Below the pieces are notes generated by a model, which was given only the letters and a program-made list of their open reading frames with translations, did no database searches and was not told the origin of the DNA. Positions 31,601 through 47,269 of a stretch of 64,000 nucleotides of DNA are shown in pieces. The DNA is taken from the NCBI GenBank assembly GCA_964016885.1, contig OZ024759.1, forward strand, positions 1,426,001 through 1,490,000, in the 5' to 3' direction. Within the stretch, counting starts at the first letter, position 1, and each line of letters starts with the position of its first letter. The position numbers and the translations under genes were made by a program. The DNA comes from Eledone cirrhosa (taxonomy: Eukaryota).

Positions 31601-34600
31601 ACACAGTCTATATTAGTAACATGACACAGTCTATATTAGTAACATGGCACAGTTTATATTAGTAACATGACAAAGTCTATATTAGTAACATGACAAAGTC
31701 TATATTAGTAACATGACACAGTCTATATTAGTAACATGACAAGGCCTATATTAGTAACATGACACAGTCTATATTAGTAACATGACAAAGTCTATATTAG
31801 TAACATGACAGTCTATATTAGTAACATGACAAAGTCTATATTAGTAACATGGCACAGTCTATATTAGTAACATGACAGTCTATATTAGTAAAATGACAGT
31901 CCATATTAGTAGCATGACAAAGTCTATATTAGTAACATGACAAAGTCTATATTAGTAACATGACACCGTCTATATTAGTAACATGACACAGTCTATATTA
32001 GTAACATCACACAGTCTATATTAGTAACATGACAAAGTCTATATTAGTAACATGGCAAAGTCTATATTAGTAACATGACAAAGTCTATATTAGTAACATG
32101 ACAAGGCCTATATTAGTAATATGACACAGTCTATATTAGTAACATGACAAAGTCTATATTAGTAACATGACAGTCTATATTAGTAACATGACAAAGTCTA
32201 TATTAGTAACATGACAAAGTCTATATTAGTAACATGACAGTCTATATTAGTAACATGACACAGTCTATATTAGTAACATGACAAAGTCTATATTAGTAAC
32301 ATGACACAGTCTATATTAGTAACATGACACAGTCTATATTAGTAACATGACACAGTTTATATTAGTAACATGACAAAGTCTATATTAGTAACATGACAAA
32401 GTCTATATTAGTAACATGGCAGTCTATATTAGTAACATGACAAAGTCTATATTAGTAACATGACACAGTCTATATTAGTAACATGACAAAGACTCTATTA
32501 GTAACATGACAAATTCTATATTAGTAACATGACAGTCTATATTAGTAACATGACAAAATCTATATTAGTAACATGACAGTCTATATTAGTAACATGACAA
32601 AGTCTATATTAGTAACATGACAGTCTATATTGTAAAATGACACAGTCTATATTAGTAACATGACACAGTCTATATTAGTAACATGACAGTCTATATTAGT
32701 AACATGACACAGTCTATATTAGTAACATGACATAGTCTATATTAGTAACATGACAAAGTCTATATTAGTAACATGACAGTCTATATTGTAAAATGACACA
32801 GTCTATATTAGTAACATGACACAGTCTATATTAGTAACATGACAGTCTATATTAGTAACATGACACAGTCTATATTAGTAACATGACACAGTCTATATTA
32901 GTAACATGACAGTCTATATTAGTAGCATGGCAATGTCTATATTAGTAACATGACACAGTCTATATTAGTAACAAGACTTAGTCTATATTAGTAACATGAC
33001 ATAGTCTATATTAGTAGCATGACAAAGTCTATATTAGTAACATGACACTGTCTATATTAGTAACTTGACAAAGTCTATATTAGTAACATGACACAGTCTA
33101 TATTAGTAACATGACAGTCTATATTAGTAACATGACAAAGTCTATATTAGTAGCATGACACAGTCTATATTAGTAACATGACAAAGTCTATATTAGTAAC
33201 ATGACACAGTCTATATTAGTAACATGACACAGTCTATATTAGTAACATGACAAAGTCTATATTAGTAGCATGACAAAGTCTATATTAGTAACATGACACA
33301 GTCTATATTAGTAACATGACAAAGTCTATATTAGTAGCATGACAACGTCTATATTAGTAACATGACAAAGTCTATATTAGTAACATGACAGTCTATATTA
33401 CTAACATGACAGTCTATATTAGTAAAATGACAGTCCATATTAGTAGCATGACAAAGTCTATATTAGTAACATGACAAAGTCTATATTAGTAACATGACAC
33501 CGTCGATATTAGTAACATGACACAGTCTATATTAGTAACATCACACAGTCTATATTAGTAACATGACAAAGTCTATATTAGTAACATGGCAAAGTCTATA
33601 TTAGTAACATAACAAAGTCTATATTAGTAACATGACAAAGTCTATATTAGTAACATGGCAAAGTCTATATTAGTAACATGACAAAGTCTATATTAGTAAC
33701 ATGACAAGGTCTATATTATTAACATGACACACTCTATATTAATAACATGACAAAGTCTATATTAGTAACATGACAGTCTATATTGTAAAATGACACAGTC
33801 TATATTAGTAACATGACACAGTCTATATTAGTAACATGACAGTCTATATTAGTAACATGACAGTCTATGTTAGTAACATGACAAAGTCTATATTAGTAAC
33901 ATGACAGTCTATATTGTAAAATGACACAGTCTATATTAGTAACATGACACAGTCTATATTAGTAACATGACAGTCTATATTAGTAACATGACACAGTCTA
34001 TGTTAGTAACATGACACAGTCTATATTAGTAACATGACAGTCTATATTAGTAGCATGGCAATGTCTATATTAGTAACATGACACAGTCTATATTAGTAAC
34101 AAGACTTAGTCTATATTAGTAACATGACATAGTCTATATTAGTAGCATGACAAAGTCTATATTAGTAACATGACAAAGTCTATATTAGTAACATGACACA
34201 GTCTATCTTAGTAACATGACAAAGTCTATATTTGTAACATGACACAGTCTATATTAGTAACATGACAAAGTCTATATTAGTAGCATGACAAAGTCTATAT
34301 TAGTAACATGACACAGTCTATATTAGTAACATGACAAAGTCTATATTAGTAACATGACAAAGTCTATATTAGTAACATGACAAAGTCTATATTAGTAACA
34401 TGACAAAGTCTATATTAGTAACATGACACAGTCTATATTAGTAACATGACAGTCTATATTAGTAGCATGACAAAGTCTATATTAGTAACATGACAAAGTC
34501 TATATTAGTAACATGACACAGTCTATATTAGTAACATGACAGTCTATATTAGTAACATGACAAAGTCTATATTAGTAACATGGCAAAGTCTATGTTAGTA

Positions 34601-37420
34601 ACATGACAAAGTCTATATTAGTAACATGACAAAGTCTATATTAGTAACATGCCAAAGTCTATATTAGTAGCATGACAAAGACTATATTAGTAGCATGACA
34701 CAGTCTATATTAGTAACATGACAAAGTCTATATTAGTAACATGACACAGTCTATATTAGTAACATGACAGTCTATATTAGTAACATGACAAAGTCTATAT
34801 TAGTAACATGACAAAGTCTATATTAGTAACATGACACAGTCTATATTAGTAACATGACAGTCTATATTAGTAACATGACAAAGTCTATATTAGTAACATG
34901 ACAAAGTCTATATTAGTAACATGACAAAGTCTATATTAGTAACATGACAAAGTCTATATTAGTAGCATGACACAGTCTATATTAGTAACATGACAAAGTC
35001 TATATTAGTAACATGACAAAGTCTATATTAGTAGCATGACACAGTCTATATTAGTAACATGACAAAGTCTATATTAGTAACATGACACAGTCTATATTAG
35101 TAACATGACAAAGTCTATATTAGTAACATGACAAAGTCTATATTAGTAACATGACACAGTCTATATTAGTAACATGACAAAGTCTATATTAGTAACATGA
35201 CACTGTCTATATTAGTAACTTGACAAAGTCTATATTAGTAACATGACACAGTCTATATTAGTAACATGACAGTCTATATTAGTAACATGACAAAGTCTAT
35301 ATTAGTAGCATGACACAGTCTATATTAGTAACATGACAAAGTCTATATTAGTAACATGACACAGTCTATATTAGTAACATGACACAGTCTATATTAGTAA
35401 CATGACAAAGTCTATATTAGTAGCATGACAAAGTCTATATTAGTAACATGACACAGTCTATATTAGTAACATGACAAAGTCTATATTAGTAGCATGACAA
35501 CGTCTATATTAGTAACATGACAAAGTCTATATTAGTAACATGACAGTCTATATTACTAACATGACAGTCTATATTAGTAAAATGACAGTCCATATTAGTA
35601 GCATGACAAAGTCTATATTAGTAACATGACAAAGTCTATATTAGTAACATGACACCGTCGATATTAGTAACATGACACAGTCTATATTAGTAACATCACA
35701 CAGTCTATATTAGTAACATGACAAAGTCTATATTAGTAACATGGCAAAGTCTATATTAGTAACATAACAAAGTCTATATTAGTAACATGACAAGGCCTAT
35801 ATTAGTAATATGACACAGTCTATATTAGTAACATGACAAAGTCTATATTAGTAACATGACAGTCTATATTAGTAACATGACAAAGTCTATATTAGTAACA
35901 TGACAAAGTCTATATTAGTAACATGACAGTCTATATTAGTAACATGACACAGTCTATATTAGTAACATGACAAAGTCTATATTAGTAACATGACACAGTC
36001 TATATTAGTAACATGACACAGTCTATATTAGTAACATGGCACAGTTTATATTAGTAACATGACAAAGTCTATATTAGTAACATGACAAAGTCTATATTAG
36101 TAACATGACACAGTCTATATTAGTAACATGACAAGGCCTATATTAGTAACATGACACAGTCTATATTAGTAACATGACAAAGTCTATATTAGTAACATGA
36201 CAGTCTATATTAGTAACATGACAAAGTCTATATTAGTAACATGGCACAGTCTATATTAGTAACATGACAGTCTATATTAGTAAAATGACAGTCCATATTA
36301 GTAGCATGACAAAGTCTATATTAGTAACATGACAAAGTCTATATTAGTAACATGACACCGTCTATATTAGTAACATGACACAGTCTATATTAGTAACATC
36401 ACACAGTCTATATTAGTAACATGACAAAGTCTATATTAGTAACATGGCAAAGTCTATATTAGTAACATGACAAAGTCTATATTAGTAACATGACAAGGCC
36501 TATATTAGTAATATGACACAGTCTATATTAGTAACATGACAAAGTCTATATTAGTAACATGACAGTCTATATTAGTAACATGACAAAGTCTATATTAGTA
36601 ACATGACAAAGTCTATATTAGTAACATGACAGTCTATATTAGTAACATGACACAGTCTATATTAGTAACATGACAAAGTCTATATTAGTAACATGACACA
36701 GTCTATATTAGTAACATGACACAGTCTATATTAGTAACATGACACAGTTTATATTAGTAACATGACAAAGTCTATATTAGTAACATGACAAAGTCTATAT
36801 TAGTAACATGGCAGTCTATATTAGTAACATGACAAAGTCTATATTAGTAACATGACACAGTCTATATTAGTAACATGACAAAGACTCTATTAGTAACATG
36901 ACAAATTCTATATTAGTAACATGACAGTCTATATTAGTAACATGACAAAATCTATATTAGTAACATGACAGTCTATATTAGTAACATGACAAAGTCTATA
37001 TTAGTAACATGACAGTCTATATTGTAAAATGACACAGTCTATATTAGTAACATGACACAGTCTATATTAGTAACATGACAGTCTATATTAGTAACATGAC
37101 ACAGTCTATATTAGTAACATGACATAGTCTATATTAGTAACATGACAAAGTCTATATTAGTAACATGACAGTCTATATTGTAAAATGACACAGTCTATAT
37201 TAGTAACATGACACAGTCTATATTAGTAACATGACAGTCTATATTAGTAACATGACACAGTCTATATTAGTAACATGACACAGTCTATATTAGTAACATG
37301 ACAGTCTATATTAGTAGCATGGCAATGTCTATATTAGTAACATGACACAGTCTATATTAGTAACAAGACTTAGTCTATATTAGTAACATGACATAGTCTA
37401 TATTAGTAGCATGACAAAGT
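28630..37420. repeat. ~4.39-kb tandem duplication
   Basis: cactg 28652/33046 and gtcgat 29108/33502 (offset 4394); gtcgat 31265/35657 and ggcaatg 32929/37321 (offset 4392 after a 23-to-21-mer change near 33850). Confidence 0.9.
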
Positions 37421-40400
37421 CTATATTAGTAACATGACAAAGTCTATATTAGTAACATGACACAGTCTATCTTAGTAACATGACAAAGTCTATATTAGTA
37501 ACATGACACAGTCTATATTAGTAACATGACAAAGTCTATATTAGTAGCATGACAAAGTCTATATTAGTAACATGACACAGTCTATATTAGTAACATGACA
37601 AAGTCTATATTAGTAACATGACAAAGTCTATATTAGTAACATGACAAAGTCTATATTAGTAACATGACAAAGTCTATATTAGTAACATGACACAGTCTAT
37701 ATTAGTAACATGACAGTCTATATTAGTAGCATGACAAAGTCTATATTAGTAACATGACAAAGTCTATATTAGTAACATGACACAGTCTATATTAGTAACA
37801 TGACACAGTCTATATTAGTAACATGACAGTCTATATTAGTAACATGACAAAGTCTATATTAGTAACATGGCAAAGTCTATGTTAGTAACATGACAAAGTC
37901 TATATTAGTAACATGACAAAGTCTATATTAGTAACATGCCAAAGTCTATATTAGTAGCATGACAAAGTCTATATTAGTAGCATGACACAGTCTATATTAG
38001 TAACATGACAAAGTCTATATTAGTAACATGACACAGTCTATATTAGTAACATGACAGTCTATATTAGTAACATGACAAAGTCTATATTAGTAACATGACA
38101 AAGTCTATATTAGTAACATGACACAGTCTATATTAGTAACATGACAGTCTATATTAGTAACATGACAAAGTCTATATTAGTAACATGACAAAGTCTATAT
38201 TAGTAAAATGACAAAGTCTATATTAGTAACATGACAAAGTCTATATTAGTAGCATGACACAGTCTATATTAGTAACATGACAAAGTCTATATTAGTAACA
38301 TGACAAAGTCTATATTAGTAGCATAACACAGTCTATATTAGTAACATGACAAAGTCTATATTAGTAACATGACACAGTCTATATTAGTAACATGACAAAG
38401 TCTATATTAGTAACATGACAAAGTCTATATTAGTAACATGACACAGTCTATATTAGTAACATGACAGAGTCTATATTAGTAACATGACACTGTCTATATT
38501 AGTAACTTGACAAAGTCTATATTAGTAACATGACACAGTCTATATTAGTAACATGACAGTCTATATTAGTAACATGACAAAGTCTATATTAGTAGCATGA
38601 CACAGTCTATATTAGTAACATGACAAAGTCTATATTAGTAACATGACACAGTCTATATTAGTAACATGACACAGTCTATATTAGTAACATGACAAAGTCT
38701 ATATTAGTAGCATGACAAAGTCTATATTAGTAACATGACACAGTCTATATTAGTAACATGACAAAGTCTATATTAGTAGCATGACAACGTCTATATTAGT
38801 AACATGACAAAGTCTATATTAGTAACATGACAGTCTATATTACTAACATGACAGTCTATATTAGTAAAATGACAGTCCATATTAGTAGCATGACAAACTC
38901 TATATTAGTAACATGACAAAGTCTATATTAGTAACATGACACCGTCTATATTAGTAACATGACACAGTCTATATTAGTAACATCACACAGTCTATATTAG
39001 TAACATGACAAAGTCTATATTAGTAACATGGCAAAGTCTATATTAGTAACATAACAAAGTCTATATTAGTAACATGACAAGGCCTATATTAGTAATATGA
39101 CACAGTCTATATTAGTAACATGACAAAGTCTATATTAGTAACATGACAGTCTATATTAGTAACATGACAAAGTCTATATTAGTAACATGACAAAGTCTAT
39201 ATTAGTAACATGACAGTCTATATTAGTAACATGACACAGTCTATATTAGTAACATGACAAAGTCTATATTAGTAACATGACACAGTCTATATTAGTAACA
39301 TGACACAGTCTATATTAGTAACATGGCACAGTTTATATTAGTAACATGACAAAGTCTATATTAGTAACATGACAAAGTCTATATTAGTAACATGGCAGTC
39401 TATATTAGTAACATGACAAAGTCTATATTAGTAACATGACACAGTCTATATTAGTAACATGACAAAGACTCTATTAGTAACATGACAAATTCTATATTAG
39501 TAACATGACAGTCTATATTAGTAACATGACAAAATCTATATTAGTAACATGACAGTCTATATTAGTAACATGACAAAGTCTATATTAGTAACATGACAGT
39601 CTATATTGTACCATGACACAGTCTATATTAGTAACATGACATAGTCTATATTAGTAACATGACAAAGTCTATATTAGTAACATGACAGTCTATATTGTAA
39701 AATGACACAGTCTATATTAGTAACATGACACAGTCTATATTAGTAACATGACAGTCTATATTAGTAACATGACACAGTCTATATTAGTAACATGACACAG
39801 TCTATATTAGTAACATGACAGTCTATATTAGTAGCATGGCAATGTCTATATTAGTAACATGACACAGTCTATATTAGTAACAAGACTTAGTCTATATTAG
39901 TAACATGACATAGTCTATATTAGTAGCATGACAAAGTCTATATTAGTAACATGACAAAGTCTATATTAGTAACATGACACAGTCTATCTTAGTAACATGA
40001 CAAAGTCTATATTAGTAACATGACACAGTCTATATTAGTAACATGACAAAGTCTATATTAGTAGCATGACAAAGTCTATATTAGTAACATGACACAGTCT
40101 ATATTAGTAACATGACAAAGTCTATATTAGTAACATGACAAAGTCTATATTAGTAACATGACAAAGTCTATATTAGTAACATGACAAATTCTATATTAGT
40201 AACATGACACAGTCTATATTAGTAACATGACACAGTCTATATTAGTAACATGACAAAGTCTATATTAGTAACATGACAAAGTCTATATTAGTAACATGAC
40301 AGTCTATATTATTAACATGACAAAGTCTATATTAGTAACATGACACAGTCTATATTAGTAACATGACAAAGTCTCTATTAGTAACATGACAAAGTCTATA

Positions 40401-43400
40401 TTAGTAACATGACAGTCTATATTAGTAACATGACAAAGTCTCTATTAGTAACATGACAAAGTCTATATTAGTAACATGACAGTCTATATTAGTAACATGA
40501 CACAGTCTATATTAGTAACATGACAAAGTCTATATTAGTAACATGACAAAGTCTATATTAGTAACATGACAAAGTCTATATTAGTAACATGACACAGTCT
40601 ATATTAGTAACATGACACAGTCTATATTAGTAACATCACACAGTCTATATTAGTAACATGACAAAGTCTATATTAGTAACATGGCAAAGTCTATATTAGT
40701 AACATGACAAAGTCTATATTAGTAACATGACAAGGCCTATATTAGTAACATGACAAAGTCTATATTAGTAACATGACACTGTCTATATTAGTAACTTGAC
40801 AAAGTCTATATTAGTAACATGACACAGTCTATATTAGTAACATGACAAAGTCTATATTAGTAACATGACAAAGTCTATATTAGTAACATGACACAGTCTA
40901 TATTAGTAACATGACAAAGTCTATATTAGTAACATGACACTGTCTATATTAGTAACTTGACAAAGTCTATATTAGTAACATGACACAGTCTATATTAGTA
41001 ACATGACAGTCTATATTAGTAACATGACAAAGTCTATATTAGTAGCATGACACAGTCTATATTAGTAACATGACAAAGTCTATATTAGTAACATGACACA
41101 GTCTATATTAGTAACATGACACAGTCTATATTAGTAACATGACAAAGTCTATATTAGTAGCATGACAAAGTCTATATTAGTAACATGACACAGTCTATAT
41201 TAGTAACATGACAAAGTCTATATTAGTAGCATGACAACGTCTATATTAGTAACATGACAAAGTCTATATTAGTAACATGACAGTCTATATTACTAACATG
41301 ACAGTCTATATTAGTAAAATGACAGTCCATATTAGTAGCATGACAAAGTCTATATTAGTAACATGACAAAGTCTATATTAGTAACATGACACCGTCGATA
41401 TTAGTAACATGACACAGTCTATATTAGTAACATCACACAGTCTATATTAGTAACATGACAAAGTCTATATTAGTAACATGGCAAAGTCTATATTAGTAGC
41501 ATGACACAGTCTATATTAGTAGCATGACAAAGTCTATATTAGTAGCATGGCAAAGTCTATATTAGTAACATGACAAAGTCTATATTAGTAGCATGACACA
41601 GTCTATATTAGTAGCATGACACAGTCTATATTAGTAGCATGGCAAAGTCTATATTAGTAACATGACAAAGTCTATATTAGTAACATGACAAAGTCTATAT
41701 TAGTAACATGACAAAGTCTATATTAGTAACATGACACAGTCTATATTAGTAACATAACAAAGTCTATATTAGTAACATGACAAGGCCTATATTAGTAATA
41801 TGACACAGTCTATATTAGTAACATGACAAAGTCTATATTAGTAACATGACAGTCTATATTAGTAACATGACAAAGTCTATATTAGTAACATGACAAAGTC
41901 TATATTAGTAACATGACAGTCTATATTAGTAACATGACACAGTCTATATTAGTAACATGACAAAGTCTATATTAGTAACATGACACAGTCTATATTAGTA
42001 ACATGACACAGTCTATATTAGTAACATGGCACAGTTTATATTAGTAACATGACAAAGTCTATATTAGTAACATGACAAAGTCTATATTAGTAACATGACA
42101 CAGTCTATATTAGTAACATGACAAGGCCTATATTAGTAACATGACACAGTCTATATTAGTAACATGACAAAGTCTATATTAGTAACATGACAGTCTATAT
42201 TAGTAACATGACAAAGTCTATATTAGTAACATGACAGTCTATATTAGTAACATGACAGTCTATATTAGTAAAATGACAGTCCATATTAGTAGCATGACAA
42301 AGTCTATATTAGTAACATGACAAAGTCTATATTAGTAACATGACACCGTCTATATTAGTAACATGACACAGTCTATATTAGTAACATCACACAGTCTATA
42401 TTAGTAACATGACAAAGTCTATATTAGTAACATGGCAAAGTCTATATTAGTAACATGACAAAGTCTATATTAGTAACATGACAAGGCCTATATTAGTAAT
42501 ATGACACAGTCTATATTAGTAACATGACAAAGTCTATATTAGTAACATGACAGTCTATATTAGTAACATGACAAAGTCTATATTAGTAACATGACAAAGT
42601 CTATATTAGTAACATGACAGTCTATATTAGTAACATGACACAGTCTATATTAGTAACATGACAAAGTCTATATTAGTAACATGACACAGTCTATATTAGT
42701 AACATGACACAGTCTATATTAGTAACATGACACAGTTTATATTAGTAACATGACAAAGTCTATATTAGTAACATGACAAAGTCTATATTAGTAACATGGC
42801 AGTCTATATTAGTAACATGACAAAGTCTATATTAGTAACATGACACAGTCTATATTAGTAACATGACAAAGACTCTATTAGTAACATGACAAATTCTATA
42901 TTAGTAACATGACAGTCTATATTAGTAACATGACAAAATCTATATTAGTAACATGACAGTCTATATTAGTAACATGACAAAGTCTATATTAGTAACATGA
43001 CAGTCTATATTGTAAAATGACACAGTCTATATTAGTAACATGACACAGTCTATATTAGTAACATGACAGTCTATATTAGTAACATGACACAGTCTATATT
43101 AGTAACATGACATAGTCTATATTAGTAACATGACAAAGTCTATATTAGTAACATGACAGTCTATATTGTAAAATGACACAGTCTATATTAGTAACATGAC
43201 ACAGTCTATATTAGTAACATGACAGTCTATATTAGTAACATGACACAGTCTATATTAGTAACATGACACAGTCTATATTAGTAACATGACAGTCTATATT
43301 AGTAGCATGGCAATGTCTATATTAGTAACATGACACAGTCTATATTAGTAACAAGACTTAGTCTATATTAGTAACATGACATAGTCTATATTAGTAGCAT

Positions 43401-46400
43401 GACAAAGTCTATATTAGTAACATGACAAAGTCTATATTAGTAACATGACACAGTCTATCTTAGTAACATGACAAAGTCTATATTAGTAACATGACACAGT
43501 CTATATTAGTAACATGACAAAGTCTATATTAGTAGCATGACAAAGTCTATATTAGTAACATGACACAGTCTATATTAGTAACATGACAAAGTCTATATTA
43601 GTAACATGACAAAGTCTATATTAGTAACATGACAAAGTCTATATTAGTAACATGACAAAGTCTATATTAGTAACATGACACAGTCTATATTAGTAACATG
43701 ACAGTCTATATTAGTAGCATGACAAAGTCTATATTAGTAACATGACAAAGTCTATATTAGTAACATGACACAGTCTATATTAGTAACATGACACAGTCTA
43801 TATTAGTAACATGACAGTCTATATTAGTAACATGACAAAGTCTATATTAGTAACATGGCAAAGTCTATGTTAGTAACATGACAAAGTCTATATTAGTAAC
43901 ATGACAAAGTCTATATTAGTAACATGCCAAAGTCTATATTAGTAGCATGACAAAGTCTATATTAGTAGCATGACACAGTCTATATTAGTAACATGACAAA
44001 GTCTATATTAGTAACATGACACAGTCTATATTAGTAACATGACAGTCTATATTAGTAACATGACAAAGTCTATATTAGTAACATGACAAAGTCTATATTA
44101 GTAACATGACACAGTCTATATTAGTAACATGACAGTCTATATTAGTAACATGACAAAGTCTATATTAGTAACATGACAAAGTCTATATTAGTAACATGAC
44201 AAAGTCTATATTAGTAACATGACAAAGTCTATATTAGTAGCATGACACAGTCTATATTAGTAACATGACAAAGTCTATATTAGTAACATGACAAAGTCTA
44301 TATTAGTAGCATAACACAGTCTATATTAGTAACATGACAAAGTCTATATTAGTAACATGACACAGTCTATATTAGTAACATGACAAAGTCTATATTAGTA
44401 ACATGACAAAGTCTATATTAGTAACATGACACAGTCTATATTAGTAACATGACAGAGTCTATATTAGTAACATGACACTGTCTATATTAGTAACTTGACA
44501 AAGTCTATATTAGTAACATGACACAGTCTATATTAGTAACATGACAGTCTATATTAGTAACATGACAAAGTCTATATTAGTAGCATGACACAGTCTATAT
44601 TAGTAACATGACAAAGTCTATATTAGTAACATGACACAGTCTATATTAGTAACATGACACAGTCTATATTAGTAACATGACAAAGTCTATATTAGTAGCA
44701 TGACAAAGTCTATATTAGTAACATGACACAGTCTATATTAGTAACATGACAAAGTCTATATTAGTAGCATGACAACGTCTATATTAGTAACATGACAAAG
44801 TCTATATTAGTAACATGACAGTCTATATTACTAACATGACAGTCTATATTAGTAAAATGACAGTCCATATTAGTAGCATGACAAAGTCTATATTAGTAAC
44901 ATTACAAAGTCTATATTAGTAACATGACACCGTCTATATTAGTAACATGACACAGTCTATATTAGTAACATCACACAGTCTATATTAGTAACATGACAAA
45001 GTCTATATTAGTAACATGGCAAAGTCTATATTAGTAACATAACAAAGTCTATATTAGTAACATGACAAGGCCTATATTAGTAATATGACACAGTCTATAT
45101 TAGTAACATGACAAAGTCTATATTAGTAACATGACAGTCTATATTAGTAACATGACAAAGTCTATATTAGTAACATGACAAAGTCTATATTAGTAACATG
45201 ACAGTCTATATTAGTAACATGACACAGTCTATATTAGTAACATGACAAAGTCTATATTAGTAACATGACACAGTCTATATTAGTAACATGACACAGTCTA
45301 TATTAGTAACATGGCACAGTTTATATTAGTAACATGACAAAGTCTATATTAGTAACATGACAAAGTCTATATTAGTAACATGGCAGTCTATATTAGTAAC
45401 ATGACAAAGTCTATATTAGTAACATGACACAGTCTATATTAGTAACATGACAAAGACTCTATTAGTAACATGACAAATTCTATATTAGTAACATGACAGT
45501 CTATATTAGTAACATGACAAAATCTATATTAGTAACATGACAGTCTATATTAGTAACATGACAAAGTCTATATTAGTAACATGACAGTCTATATTGTACC
45601 ATGACACAGTCTATATTAGTAACATGACATAGTCTATATTAGTAACATGACAAAGTCTATATTAGTAACATGACAGTCTATATTGTAAAATGACACAGTC
45701 TATATTAGTAACATGACACAGTCTATATTAGTAACATGACAGTCTATATTAGTAACATGACACAGTCTATATTAGTAACATGACACAGTCTATATTAGTA
45801 ACATGACAGTCTATATTAGTAGCATGGCAATGTCTATATTAGTAACATGACACAGTCTATATTAGTAACAAGACTTAGTCTATATTAGTAACATGACATA
45901 GTCTATATTAGTAGCATGACAAAGTCTATATTAGTAACATGACAAAGTCTATATTAGTAACATGACACAGTCTATCTTAGTAACATGACAAAGTCTATAT
46001 TAGTAACATGACACAGTCTATATTAGTAACATGACAAAGTCTATATTAGTAGCATGACAAAGTCTATATTAGTAACATGACACAGTCTATATTAGTAACA
46101 TGACAAAGTCTATATTAGTAACATGACAAAGTCTATATTAGTAACATGACAAAGTCTATATTAGTAATATGACAAATTCTATATTAGTAACATGACACAG
46201 TCTATATTAGTAACATGACACAGTCTATATTAGTAACATGACAAAGTCTATATTAGTAACATGACAAAGTCTATATTAGTAACATGACAGTCTATATTAG
46301 TAACATGACAAAGTCTATATTAGTAACATGACACAGTCTATATTAGTAACATGACAAAGTCTCTATTAGTAACATGACAAAGTCTATATTAGTAACATGA

Positions 46401-46830
46401 CAGTCTATATTAGTAACATGACAAAGTCTCTATTAGTAACATGACAAAGTCTATATTAGTAACATGACAGTCTATATTAGTAACATGACACAGTCTATAT
46501 TAGTAACATGACAAAGTCTATATTAGTAACATGACAAAGTCTATATTAGTAACATGACAAAGTCTATATTAGTAACATGACACAGTCTATATTAGTAACA
46601 TGACACAGTCTATATTAGTAACATCACACAGTCTATATTAGTAACATGACAAAGTCTATATTAGTAACATGGCAAAGTCTATATTAGTAACATGACAAAG
46701 TCTATATTAGTAACATGACAAGGCCTATATTAGTAACATGACAAAGTCTATATTAGTAACATGACACTGTCTATATTAGTAACTTGACAAAGTCTATATT
46801 AGTAACATGACACAGTCTATATTAGTAACA
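35080..46830. repeat. ~5.7-6.0-kb tandem duplication; second copy has an 11-monomer insertion
   Basis: gtcgat 35657/41394 (5737); cataac 35763/41753 (5990); gcataacaca 38321/44309, gacagagt 38463/44451 and ggcaatg 39838/45826 (5988). Confidence 0.88.
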
Positions 46831-47269
46831 TGACACAGTCTATATTAGTAACATGACAAAGTCTATATTAGTAGCATGACAAAGTCTATATTAGTAACAT
46901 GACAAAGTCTATATTAGTAACATGACACAGTCTATGTTAGTAACATGACAAAGTCTATATTAGTAACATGACAAAGTCTATATTAGTAACATGACACAGT
47001 CTATATTAGTAACATGACAAAGTCTATATTAGTAGCATGACACAGTCTATATTAGTAACATGACAAAGTCTATATTAGTAACATGACAAAGTCTATATTA
47101 GTAGCATGACACAGTCTATATTAGTAACATGACAAAGTCTATATTAGTAACATGACACAGTCTATATTAGTAACATGACAAAGTCTATATTAGTAACATG
47201 ACAAAGTCTATATTAGTAACATGACACAGTCTATATTAGTAACATGACAAAGTCTATATTAGTAACATG

